Source: Azolla caroliniana (lineage: Eukaryota; Plantae; Polypodiophyta). Taken from it: DNA of 64,000 nucleotides. The position numbers were made by a program, and so were the translations under genes. Location of the stretch: positions 34,348,001 through 34,412,000 of the forward strand of contig JBHGNT010000001.1 in assembly GCA_043228905.1 (NCBI GenBank). The letters run 5' to 3'. Numbering within the stretch: position 1 is the stretch's first letter; every line of letters starts with the position of its first letter. Below are positions 24,366 through 37,020 of this stretch, in pieces. The notes under the pieces are model-generated. The model saw only the letters and a list, made by a program, of their open reading frames with translations. It was not told the DNA's origin and did no database searches.

Positions 24366-27300
24366 TTAAAACCCTAATTTTCTTTCTTCCTGGTCTTCTT
24401 GACGAGGAGGGGGAGAGTCGGTTAGGTTAAGGAGATGGAAGTAGGCCCCCTGTTTGGCCAGGAGGTGGGCATGGGAGCCCTGCTCTGTGATGGCACCGTC
24501 CTGCAGGACAGCGATGGTGTGAGCATTCCTGATGGTGGAGAGGCGGTGCGCCACCAACACGGTGGTGCGCCTCTGCATCAACCTCTCCAATGCCTCCTGC
24601 ACCACCTTCTCAGATTCCGTGTCCAGAGCGCTGGTGGCCTCATCCAGCAGCAGAATGGCCGGATCCCTCAGCACCGCCCGTGCGATGGCCACCCTCTGCT
24701 TCTGCCCACCCGACAGCTGCACCCCTCTCTCACCCACCTCTGTCCGGTACCCTTCAGGTAATCCGCTTATGAAATTGTGGGCATTCGCCGCTTTTGCGGC
24801 TTCCACAATCTCCGCCTCGGTGGCGTCCTCTTTCCCATAGCTGATGTTCTCGTAAATGCTCGTGCTGAACAGAGCTGGTTCTTGCTGAACAAGCCCTATG
24901 TGCCTCCTGAGTGAGGAAACCCTGTATTGCTTTATGTCTTTCCCGTCGATGAGCACCCGTCCGCCCTGCGGATCGTAGAACCTCATGATAAGAGCTATCA
25001 CAGAGCTCTTTCCCGACCCGCTTGATCCAACTAGGGCCAAACTCTCTCCGATCCTAACTTTCAGGGTTAGACCCTTGAAGATTTGTATGTCAGGCCTCAT
25101 CGGATACGAGAAGTCCACTTGTCTGAATTCGATTGCCCCTTCTACATTTTTCGCTTCTTCCGCCTTCAGATCATCAGCATCAATCTCACTTCGACGGTCA
25201 ATAATGTGGAAAACTGCCCTTAATGTGTTGGTGCCTCTGAGCAAGGCAGGAGCCAGAGAGAGCACCTCTGCCACGCCGAAGGCTGTGATGATAAGCACCA
25301 TAAAGCACTTCATCACACTGCCAAAATCAGCTTCTCCCCTCTTCATCAATCCTGATGAATACCAGAATGCCAGACTATACGAGCACAGTAAACAAAATTG
25401 AGAAAACCCAAAACCGAATCCAGCAATCTGCCCTCGGATGAATGACTTCTTCTGCAACTTCTGGATCTCCCTGTCAAACAGCTTCATCACCCTTTCCTCT
25501 GCCGAGAACGCGGCAACAGTACGAATGTTGCTGACGGCTTCCCCTGCCACCATATTGGCTTTCATGTAGGCCTTGTTTAAGTCTCCACCAAACCCCTTGA
25601 TTAATTGCATCTGTTCCAAGAGGGAAAGTCAGATGTATGAATATATTTTGAGACACAGAGAGCTCATATGTGGACGTTGCTCTAAATGTTTTTAGCCTTT
25701 GTTTGTTTTTACCTGGCCTGCATACGAAGCAATCATAGCTGGAAAAGTGGAGATAATGACCAATGCAATCTTCCATTGCAACTTGATTGCAATTACAAAT
25801 GCTGTAACTATCAGCCCCAAGTTTTGCAGAAGAGTAATTACTCTGTCTACAAGCACAGATCTCACAAGGGGTGCATCTGCAGACAAGCATGTGCTGAGGG
25901 CTGCACTGTTGTTCTGATCAAACCAGCTCGCTTCGTTCCGGAGTATAGCTACAAAGACAAAATTATTGCAAAGATATCAGTAGTTCAGCCATAAGGTTAG
26001 AATATATGGGTTCTATTGGTGTTTGAAAATGATTTCTTCAGTTTAACCTCAAACATATACAACATACAAGAAGATGGATTAGATTGACCTACCAGAGAAC
26101 ATCATACTTCTCACTCGCAATGTGATGCTTTCTCCTGCAACTTCAGTGCAGTAAAACTCACACGTGTAAGCCAAAAGGGCCGCAACACCTGTGCCACAAC
26201 ACAATGCTGCAACTTTCTCTAACCCCTTCTTCATGTACTTGTCATCAGGTGAATAGAAATATTCTAGGGCTTGAGTTATTATTAAGGCAAAAAGTGGTGT
26301 TTGAGACCCTGCCAGAATCGCACCAAGCGCACCTAGCAGACTGTAAGGCCACTCACTTGCATTCATCTTAATCAGCTTCTTCAATGAGGGTTGAGGGCCA
26401 CTAAGGTTATCCACATCCAATTTGATTGCATTAACGTTCAGTCCTGCCACCATGGCCATATCCGTGTTGGATCTAAAACTAAACGTTCGCTGTGAAACAG
26501 ACCCGCTGGCAGACCCATGAGAATTCCTGTATCATCACATAGAAGTCACGGTTACAAAATGACAAATAGATGTTAAGATTACCTATACATGGGGATGTTT
26601 TTTCAGTAGTTAAGACAATGCCTGCTATTGAATCTTTGCATCTCAGCTCCCGAGTTAAGTTGATTTCGAGCACTCTTTTGCTCTTTAATCAGATTTGCAT
26701 ATGCACCGCCTTTTTCTAACAATTCTTCATTTGAACCCATTTCTGCAACTTTTCCTCCATCTATAACAACAATCATATGTGCATTCTGAATTGTCGATAA
26801 CCGGTGAGCAACAACTATAGTGGTCCTTCCAATCATGACACGATCGAGAGCTTCCTGAACACCCTTTTCAGATTCTGAATCTAACGCACTTGTGGCCTCA
26901 TCCAACAGAAGTATCGATGGGTTCTTTAGCACAGCTCTTGCAATTGCAATTCGCTGTTTCTGGCCCCCAGAAAGTTGGAGACCTCTTTCTCCTACCTATG
27001 ATTTGCAAAGCATTATTTCTTGTTCCTAAGAACTGGTTGTATAAATTCAGTTTCCATTGCTCAAAACTGCCTTCAATGAGGCGATGCTATAGGAGCGTGT
27101 GACATTAGCGAGGAATGCATACCTGAGTTTCATAGTGTTTAGGAAGCACATTGATGAAGTCATGTGCACACGAAACGGACGTGGCTTTAATTATGTCATC
27201 CATGGAGACATCACCAGCTTTTCCATACATGATGTTCTCACGGATGCTAGTAGCAAACAAAGCAGGCTCTTGGTTCACTAGACCCATCTGCTCCCTCAAC

Positions 27301-29580
27301 CATTTCAAATGCATCTTCTTGATGTTAACTCCATCTAAGAGAACTTCTCCTGTTCATGAATTGCGAGAACATGAGAAACAGATGCTATATAAATAATAAG
27401 ACGTTTTAAAAAAAAAACACAAATTTGCTGATCAAACCTGAGTTAGGGTCATAAAATCTCTCAATGAGTGATATTATGGTGCTTTTTCCTGATCCACTAC
27501 TTCCGACAATAGCAATCACTTTCCCAGCCTCGATCGAGAGGGAGAAGTTCCGGAATACATCAATGTCAGGTCGAGAAGGGTAGGCAAAGCTAACATCTCG
27601 AAACTCTATATTACCCTGTATTTTCTCCAGCCTTATACCATCATTATTATTGCTGGCAATGATGGGCTTCCTATTGATTACCTCTAAGATGGTGTATCCA
27701 GAAACTTTGGCTTTGCTTATGGTTGCCAAATGTGGGGCTGCTTGCCCTAATGACCTGCATCCCCATATCCAAAGCATCAAGAAAGAAAAACTTGGGTTAA
27801 CAGCACATTGCAATAATTACCAAATCTCTTCACAACCAACGTGTAGACATAAATATATAGGTTACATAATTTACGATACCATTCATGAGTAATATTAATT
27901 TGTGTTGAACCTCATACAACAAGAAAGGTCTGTTGTATACATACAGGGAGCTCGCAATGACATTGAGGATAGTGGTGAAGGCTACCCCGCCATTTGCATC
28001 TCCAGAACGAACGAGCCTTCCAGCATACCACAGCAGTAAGGAGAAGGAAGCGAATCCCATACCATACAAGGACCCAATCCCCAATCCTTTCACAAGCCCA
28101 CTCCGCTTCCCAATCCGAATGCTCGACTGGAGTGCATTTAAATATGATTTTGAGGCCGCTTTCTCACCCACAAAAGCTTGCACTATCCTGATCTGAGAGA
28201 TCACCTGCATAAATTAGCAAAGATGGAGCCCATAATCAATATATGTCGATAGCAAGATGAAATCCATACATTCAAATAAACAATATCTTCGCTTAGAATT
28301 TCATAGGTACCTCATGCGCAATGTCCCCAGCTCTCAGGTATTCTTGTTTACTTTTATTTGAGAGAGACACCATGATGTAGGCACATATTCCTCCATTGAA
28401 GACAATCATAGGCATCACGCCAAGTGTTAGAAGGGTCAGTTTCCACAATGTCGTGAAGGCTATTATGAACCCAGCAATGAATTGGGCAAACGAATGGATC
28501 AAATTGCCGGCCTGCCATTGGAAAAATAAAGGAAGCCGATTAAAGTTTCCCTCCAAGCTCTTACTAACCTATACACCCGAGTCTCCAATTTTAATAGTAT
28601 ATTCAAAGCATTATTAGATGGCACAGCGCAATGCAGGGGATTGAACCCATGACCGTTTGTCCTCGTGAGAGATCTTGGCCTGCATATTCTGCATGGTCTA
28701 GCTAGGATAGTTAATAACGTCTCTTGAGCTCCCCATGATTGATGGCATTCCTCGTATGTACGGAGAAAATTTTCTCTGCACGTCCATAAGTCTATCTACC
28801 CTCTCATGAGGTCCGATGAGAGACATCATTCCTCGGGCATACAGAAAACCAACATGTACACAAGAAAATGTAGAGTAGGAACAGTTTCCGTGTGGGATGT
28901 GATGCGACATCCGAAATCTCGTTTACATCTCTAGGTTTACAGACCGAGTAGATTTGTGTAGCCACATTTGAAAAGATGGCGGGATTCATAAAAAGCAGGA
29001 TTTGTGAAGCTATCTTTTTAAGCAAGAGCTTTTGCAGAACTTATGAGATCGCTGGAGTACATTCTATAAGGCCCCAAGCAGATTATGGCCCTTAACCGAC
29101 AAGTTTTATAAGCCTTGCTGGATAAAGGCAAAGGGACATACAACAAAGAGGTTAGAACCGAAGAAAATAAGGTATCTTTTTATCATCACTTTGGGTGGCA
29201 AAAGTTTCTCTTACAACATGCATATATATGGAAAATAATAATAATAATAATAATAATGCCAAATACGATGGATGGAAAAATGAAACATCCAAAGTGGGAG
29301 TGTTAATTAATGAAAAGTCAAGGTTTTATTTGGTTGAAACGGGGACCGACCAGAGGGGGGCTAACAACGTAGTATGGAAGGAGATAGCGAGATAGATAAA
29401 GGTAGCAGTTGTCGGCATTAAAACAGAGGAGGCATGGTTGGTAGTCCGTGCCACCAAAAAAGCATGCAGGGAGGGGAGAGGGTGCCATATGAGATAGATA
29501 GATACATACATTATATTGTTCGGAGGTGTGACCTATGTATGAGACCAAAAATATTACATTTCCAAGTGATACGTGTAAAG

Positions 29581-29612
<32 letters not shown>

Positions 29613-31403
29613 ACAATAATGCCCCGTGCTTCCTTTACTGCGATGGAAAAGGGCTAACGTTCATCCCTTCATTAATAATGTCCACTCCAGATGATACGTG
29701 TGGATGGATTGCAAGGAGGAGCTGGGGATGGTTAGTGTAGTATATATTTCTGGCAGAAAAAAAAATAAAGGAAGGGAGTAGAATTTCGATCATCATCATC
29801 TCTTTTGTCAGGAGGGGCCTTTCTGTCTGTCAGGTGCTGCAGCTGCAGCTGTTGCGGGGCAGGAGCAGAAACAGAGCAGCAGAAAAAACAGAAACAGACC
29901 ACGAGAGGCGTTCCGTCCATTACTACTACTACTACTACTACTACTACAACTGAGGGGTGAAAAAATATATATACAAATACATCAATGCAGGTGACGATGT
30001 CGGCTTGAAGCGCGCGCCACAAATCGATTTAAGGGGAATGCCCAAAAAACAAAAAAAAAACAAAAAAACGCAAATTCTCAGAAATGTTGCAAAAAACGCG
30101 TTCAAAACCAGAAAGAAGCTATACATCATGATATTATAAATATCGCCTTAAACCGTGATTTCTTGATCTTTTCTTCTTCTTTCAATTTATTTTTTCCTTG
30201 TAGCTTCCTTTTTGTAAATTTCTTCTTTTTTTTTTTTGTTTTTTCCCTTTTGGGTTTGCTTTTTGCTTTTTGCTTTTCCCCCCACAAGCTTCGTTGTAAG
30301 CTTCGTTTGATATGTGTTGTATTATTATTAGTAGTATTTTACCTTGGCGCCCACGGCCTCCTGCAGCAGAGTGGTGTCGCTGGAGATCCCTGCGATCACC
30401 TCCCCAGTGCTCACGTTCGTGTCGAAGAAGCCCACGTCTTGGGAGATGAGAGCTCGCACGTAACGCCGGCGCATCCGTGCCGACTGCCGATCGCCAGTAT
30501 ACATCCACATGGACACCTCTGCAAAACCCACCACACAACAATGACACACCTGCACATGTCTATATGTACATATATATATATATATATGTAGCTAACTACT
30601 CATCACGACGATGGCAATCTCTCATCATCATTTTGATTTTTAAGAGAAAAAGCAGGATCATCTTCGGAGCTTCAAAACTGTTTGATGGAGGTGGCTTACC
30701 CAGCCATCCCGAGGCGAAGCGCAGCACGCTCAGATACAGGAAGTAGACAGCGTACTGCACATAAGCCGGCCAAGATTAATAAGCGGTTTCATAGACCATC
30801 ATCCAATACTAAGAAACCATGGATACAGTGAGTTCAGAAATCAGAAAGAAAGAGAGAGGAGAGAGAAGAGTGGGCAGAATAGGCCACCTTGATTACTTGG
30901 TTAGGCATGTCGGCTGACATAGCTCCCAGGGAGTCGATGAGCTTGCCCAGGAAGATGAGAAAGACAGGGAAGGAAGCGCCATGTGCCACCGCCGCGGCGC
31001 CGCCTACGAGCATGAGCAGGTAGTCGAGGGCGTCCGCCTGCGAGAAGAGCCGATAATAGGGCACCACGCCGGAGCCACCACTACCACCATTCCGTGGCTC
31101 CGCCTTTGCCTTCTCATTGCCGCCCGCCCCCGCCACGTCCACCTCCTCTGCCTGGTTCTCGTCGCGCACGCCCGAGCTCTTCTTCTTCTTCCATCTCCTG
31201 CTGCTGTTGTTGTGATTGCGGCTACTGTTGCCGACAATCTCCTCCTGATCCATCGTGCTGGTGGTGGTGGTGGTGGTATGAATCATATGGCTGGAGGCGA
31301 CGGCGGATCCCAAGTTCAACCTCTGCGAGGCTCCCACTAATTCGAGGTTCCCATTCTGAATCTCTGCACCGCCCGGGCCTGTAGTGGTAGTTAAGGCCTC
31401 CAT
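24366..31403 (-). CDS. Full-size ABCB (P-glycoprotein/MDR) transporter, about 1346 aa, 11 exons: 31403-30888, 30754-30700, 30518-30343, 28511-28311, 28204-27945, 27754-27438, 27349-27123, 26995-26622, 26526-26093, 25948-25713, 25610-24366
   Basis: TMD-NBD-TMD-NBD layout. Both NBDs have Walker A (GSSGSGKS), Q-loop (V.QEPALF), signature LSGGQKQR, Walker B ([12 protein letters not shown]) and H-loop (VAHRLST). The 55-nt and 176-nt early exons are typical of plant ABCB genes. Exons total 4041 nt in frame, and intron 8 must be GC-AG. Confidence 0.93.
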
Positions 31404-32569
31404 GAGCGAATGATTTAGGAATGATGTAGCGATAAGAGGACGGATGATGTTTGTTGGTCAGGGGAGGAGGAAGCTCTTCTTCTATTTCAATCGGGCCCGC
31501 AGATTTGTTAGGCGTGGCCAAGCCAAAACAAGTCAAACGTAAAGAAAAAAAGGGGATGAGGTAAATGAAGGCAGACTGAAGATGTGTATGTGTGTGTGTG
31601 TGTGTAGCGATCTTTCATGGGCGGCTGGCTGCAATGAGGATGTATGATGGGTGGTGGGAGAAGGGAAGGGAAGAGAAAGGTTAGTTAGAAGGAGCAGTGA
31701 TAGGAGTAACAGTAGTCGTAAAGTAGTAGTAGTAGTAGTAGTAAGAAGAAGAATAAGAAGAAGTAACTGTTTTGTCCTGCTGCTGCTGCTGCTGCTCCTC
31801 GTCCCAGCCGACCACCATTCCTGGTATCAGAGAGAGAGGGTGTGTGTGTGTACAGTATTTATGTAATAGTTTAGGAGCAGTAGTAGTATGTAGTAGAATG
31901 CATGGGACTCGGTAGCTGCAGCCGTGAGGCTGACCTTGGTATTTAAGACAGTTCAGTTCTTTTTCAATACCCTCGAAAAGAAAGTAAAACCCCCCCCCCA
32001 CAAAAGAAAGATAAGGGTGGGGTGTTTAATGTAGTAGGATGCGTATCAGGAACGTGGAGTCCTATATCCTCTTTTCACACTCTCTCTATGTCTATCTCTC
32101 CCTACTTAAAAGTAGCAGTAGTGCTCTACTATTTTGTGGGTGTAACTAGGAAGAGTAGGACTCCGTAGAATTTAAAATGTGTGTGTGTGTTTGTGTTATT
32201 TAGTAGTATCATAGGAGCCGTGATAAGGAAGTCCCATACGGACAGGGAATATGTCCCTCCGTCCGTCCTTCTCCTACATTTGACAAGTATGTACGGGCGG
32301 CTGTAGTACGTGCCCATATTTATTAGCCCCCCCCCCCCCCCCGCCCACACACACACACACAACACTCGGCCTGGGCATTGAGCCTGCTCTGTTTTAAGGA
32401 AGGCCAGCCTTCTTCTTCTTGCCTTTTTCCTTCTTCGTTGGTCTCCAAAGGTTCTCTAACACCTAGCTAGCATCAAATAGATGGGGAGGGACCAAAGTTC
32501 AAACCACCTGTACCACCTAAATGTAACCCCCTCCCTTCCCTTTTACGCCTCTTATTTTTGGTACCTTGT

Positions 32570-32730
32570 CGAACAACACTCTTCGATAAGTATCATGCAC
32601 ATGTCGAACCACGCTCTTAGATAAGTATCAGGCACATGTCGAGCCACGCTCTAAGATAAGTATCCGTGCTAATAGAAAAGGTAATGAGCCACGCTCTAAG
32701 ATAAGTATCCGTGCTAATAGAAAAGGTAAT
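32570..32730. repeat. Nested short tandem repeats (about 35-bp and 45-bp units)
   Basis: gataagtatc.(t/g)gcacatgtcga.ccacgctct is repeated. gagccacgctctaagataagtatccgtgctaatagaaaaggtaat is exact at 32641 and 32686. Confidence 0.9.
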
Positions 32731-32815
32731 GTAATTTAGTGATTACCTACCATGATTTTAGCTTACAATTTACCTCATGTGTTTCACCCCTCGGTCCATT
32801 TCTGTCTCTCTTAAA

Positions 32816-33192
32816 AAATAAATAAATATCTTTCCATTAGTTTAAAAAAGGCACATTAGCTACAAAACTATGCTTTCCGTAGATATTGTGCAAATAATGA
32901 AGCCAATCTATACCACAACTCCTCCATCCATCACAAAATCTAATTTCATTTTAGTATGTACAACCAATTCTCCCTTGTCTATTTCCACGTGCTTTCAACA
33001 TACTAGAAAATGTTATCATCTTAGGTAAGAGGAAGCCTTGCACAAGCATTTGAGGATAGAATTGTATACGCATCCTCATTCTTATCTTGCTCAGAATAGC
33101 CCAATAACATGGCAGTCCCTAGTACCACATCTCCAACCAGCAATAATTCATCAAAAAACTCTTGGGCAAATGCATGCATAGTGATTGTTGAT
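32816..33192 (-). mobile_element. TSD-flanked insertion of decayed PPR sequence with a LINE-like 3' end (short copy)
   Basis: 22-bp direct repeats gtccatttctgtctctcttaaa (32794-32815) and gtccacttctatctctcttaaa (33193-33214). An empty-site paralogue lies at about 33381. The minus strand reads AQEFFDELLLVGDVVLGTAMLLGYSEQDKNEDA/IQFYPQMLVQGFLLPKMITFSSMLKA (PPR) and ends AAAACTAATGGAAAGATATTT. Confidence 0.75.
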
Positions 33193-35059
33193 GTCCACTT
33201 CTATCTCTCTTAAATTACAATGTACAAAGATATCTTAATATGAGTATGGAGCACATGTTGATTTTGTATCCGTGCTTATAGAAAAGGCAATGGAATTTTG
33301 TGATTACCCATCCAAGCACATATACAAAAAATCGACACATGCTTGACTTACTTCTTCTGCTGATGTGGTTCTTCTCCTCGGTCCATTTCTCTCTCTTACC
33401 TTACAATGTACAAGGATATCTTAATCTAAGAATCTTAGGTAAATTAGGAGCTTATCAAAGCCTAATTAATTAAATTTAAGGATATCTTTAGAAATATTCA
33501 AAATGCAATGAGTTTATCCTAATAAATGTGTGGGATATTTTAAGTATTCTTCTATATATATATATATGCACCTCTCCCCTATCCTTGCACGAGAACCATC
33601 ATCCTTCAGTCCTTTGCAAGGAAAAAGGAAGTTTGAATTCTCGGTTACTATTCTTGAGAGGACGATAAACTATTAAATTCACCATTCCGACAAAATGGTA
33701 ATGTTATCCATTGATTGACACACTTCTTGAGAGAAAAATAGAATGTGAACACCAGTTTTGGAGAAATGTTTCAATTTTCAATTCAATGATGAGTATGGAT
33801 ATTTCTTCCAAGCATTACACAACAACATAACATTTTATCTATTGTGCACGAGTTTCTTGTTTCATATTTATAAACTGTCATAGGACAAACAAAATAGGAA
33901 CTATAATATACAAGAACAGACATTAGTTGCTTGTATGTGGCAAAAAGGAAAATGTAGTTTTGTAGACGACATTTTGAGCATTCAATTCAAAGCATTTGAT
34001 AATTGCAATCCTTGAATTTCTTCAACTTTCAAACTTTGTTAAAAATGGAGTTCACATTCAAAAGCTAAAGGCTTTCTCTATGTTAGTGGGACCAAATTAT
34101 TTAAGATGACCAAACAAGTCACATCCTCCACTCGACCATGACCTTTCATAGCATGCTTATACACTCACAATTACATAGTAAAGTACATCTTGCTAATTTA
34201 TTCTTGTCTTTATCGGAAATCATTAAGTTTTGCAAAAATCTAAGAGTTATGCACATGTAACTAATTAAGGTAACACACTAACAATGGGGAGGAAGTAGAA
34301 TCAAATTTTATTAGTTGTAAGGCAATCATCATCGAGATTGGTAAAAAAGCCATAATTCATGATGTCCATAGTGAGGAAATATAGAAAATATACCTTAGAG
34401 CACAAAGTACATTGATCTTTAGCTTGGTTGCCATGGAGCACTTCCTAAATAGTTCCCTAAGTGACAAAATATGAATAGTAAAAGTGTAAAGTAAAGTACG
34501 TGGCCATCTTTAGCTTTGCGTGTCATGAAACCTTTTCTAAGGCTCCCTTTTCATACAATAAGTGGTTATATTTGGCAACTAACTCACCCACTTCATTCAT
34601 TGACACGCCACCGCTATACATTGTTTATGTATGTGGGTTGTTAGCCGTCATTCACACTTAACCACCAACATCATCATCAAACTTATTTGGAATTTGCTTC
34701 AACTTTTGTATATTGATCTCCCAATTTGTGTAATTTTTGTATAGTGAAATAAGGTAACTTACAAACCAATGGTCGGTCCAAACCCACTCGATTCCTCATA
34801 ATCCCCTCTTTTCCTCTACACGTGTAACTTATTCCCACTTTTCTAAAGTTGTTGCAAGGGTGGTGGAGCCATGGAAGCATACATAAGGGAACTTCATGTA
34901 TTGAATTTGTTTTGGTAATCCATACATTATTAGTTCTCATTCCAAGAAAACAACACATTTATAGGGTTGTGAGGTCTTATTAGGGCATCAATTAGAGGAA
35001 CATACGAAGTCTGTATGCATGCTTGATGGGTTGATGGAAAAATTATTACTCAACATGTA

Positions 35060-36510
35060 CAAACTAGATGTCCTATAATGACCTGATGTTGAAAACCCCC
35101 TTCTTTCTAAATTTGATTTTGACGTTAATGAAGCACATCATACTAAAGGATGCAATAACTACCATATTCATGGAAATTAATGAGAGAGAGAAGATATTAT
35201 CGAATCTTTATTCCTTGATAATAATAGGAGGAAAGGATATAGAGGGATGACAACATCTATCCTCAAAACAATGTCCACAATATGAATACATAACACTAAG
35301 TCCTCAGAACAAGTAGTCACTGAACTACCCATGAAAACTATTGTTGCTTGGAATGCTCGTACCACAGGATGTATTCAATGTGGCCAAGCTTATGATGCCC
35401 TAAAATGGACTATTTTAGTCCACCTTACGTGTCTTTGCTCAAGGCTTGCACTATGTTGCAAGATCTTGAGACATGTATACTACCTTACTGAATATGTATA
35501 CGAAATGTGGCTTTTTCGTAGAGGCACACAATGTGTTCAAACACACTTCCATTATAGAATATAGTCTCTTGGACAACACTGATTTGAAGATATGCTGGAA
35601 ATGAGTGTGGGGAGGATGCTCTTATATGTCACTCACATATGCATTCAGAAGGTATATTTCTGAATGTCGTGGGTAGTATTCGAGTAGTAGAAAAAGGACA
35701 AGAAGTGCACAACAGTATTTGCAAACAGGGTTTGAAACATGATCTTGTCATCAGTAATATGTGATCATTGATATGTATGAAGTTTGGATTACTTGAAACT
35801 ATTGAAGTAGGTTTTTTGATCATGTTCCAGCTCGATCCGTAGTCTCTTGGAATGCATTGCTCACTGGTTATACTGAATTTCACAATTGTGAAAAGGTATT
35901 TGTTATTCCCTCAAACCTCTTCATTACTTTGAGCATAAGATGGGACACTAGCTAATAATGCTTTATTCTTGCAAGAATCAGAGATCCACAAAAGCGTTGC
36001 CCTTATATATTAGAGTCAAATTAGATGCAATGTGTTGAGATATACCTTCAAATACAAGCACCATCATGTGCAAGAGAGGGATCGCTATTTTGGCACTGTT
36101 GGGGCTTTTGGAGAGGTGCATGAAGATGGAACAATCGACAAGGAATTTCAAGAACTTTAGGAATTGTTTACTGAAGGAAAAGTTGTTCCAAATGAATCGG
36201 TACTTTTTCTTGCAAAGAGATGCAAAAAAGAAGGAAACTTGGTTTGTGCTAAGCAATTACATGACCTTATTATAAAAATGGTTTGTTAGCAGACATCACT
36301 ATTGCAAATCATATGATAAACATGACAACCATACAACTGCAAGTGGTTATGACTTGAATGTCTTTGTGAGCAATGGTCTTATAGACATGTATTGCAAGTG
36401 TAAAGACACTGAAAATGCAAGGAGATTCTGAAGGGGGACGTGAGGTGCATGCCGAGATTGAAAGAACGGGGCAGTTGGATGAAACATTTTTCTTCGATAT
36501 GCTGAACATG
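35060..36510 (+). pseudogene. Heavily decayed PLS-PPR pseudogene
   Basis: Scattered PPR motifs in broken frames: KTIVAWNA (35334), EKGQEVHNSICKQGLKHDLVISN (~35690), VVSWNALLTGYTE (~35840), SNGLIDMYCKC (~36370), GREVHAEIERTG (~36436). Many stops and frameshifts; boundaries approximate. Confidence 0.75.
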
Positions 36511-36751
36511 AATAAGATTGGCTAGAAAGATTATTTATCTTTACCTAAAAAGATTGTCTTCGGTCATTCGACATGGCTATACAATATTTTTAATATTGGA
36601 TTATCTTGTATATTGCCTCTGGCCACTTTAATTTTAATACAAATGGAGGATAGTTTTTTATGGAAAAAAGAAACACTAAGTCATCAATGTTAGAGTATAA
36701 CAAATAAATAAGCACGAAAGAAAGGAAAGAGGGGGTGCTAAACCACCCAAC

Positions 36752-37020
36752 CATAGAATGAACCATACGTATCATACGCGCATTCGCATTCGCGTTTGAT
36801 TCAATAAAACGTGAATGGTAAATCAACTAAAAGTTGGATTGGTTTGACACGTTTGATTGGATTAACTATGGTCTATATTATGGGCTAAATTTGCAATGAA
36901 AACAAATGAAAAAAAGAAAAAGAAAAAAGAAAAAAAAAGGAGCACGTATTTTTCCCCTTTCAAACATGTACGTTTTCAAACGTTTGAATGCCTCCACGAA
37001 CACGAATATTACGTTCTATG
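36752..37020. mobile_element. hAT-type MITE, 269 bp
   Basis: TIR CATAGAA(T/C)G...CGTTCTATG with a perfect 8-bp TSD cacccaac at 36744-36751 and 37021-37028. Confidence 0.85.

Noticed and set aside
24366-25619. 417-aa ORF as a stand-alone half ABC transporter
   Set aside because: It is the last exon of the full-size ABCB gene, with an acceptor at 25611 and in-frame upstream exons.
29732-30591. Hydrophobic or Lys-rich ORFs inside ABCB intron 3
   Set aside because: They arise from poly-T/A and (TAC)n low-complexity intron sequence.
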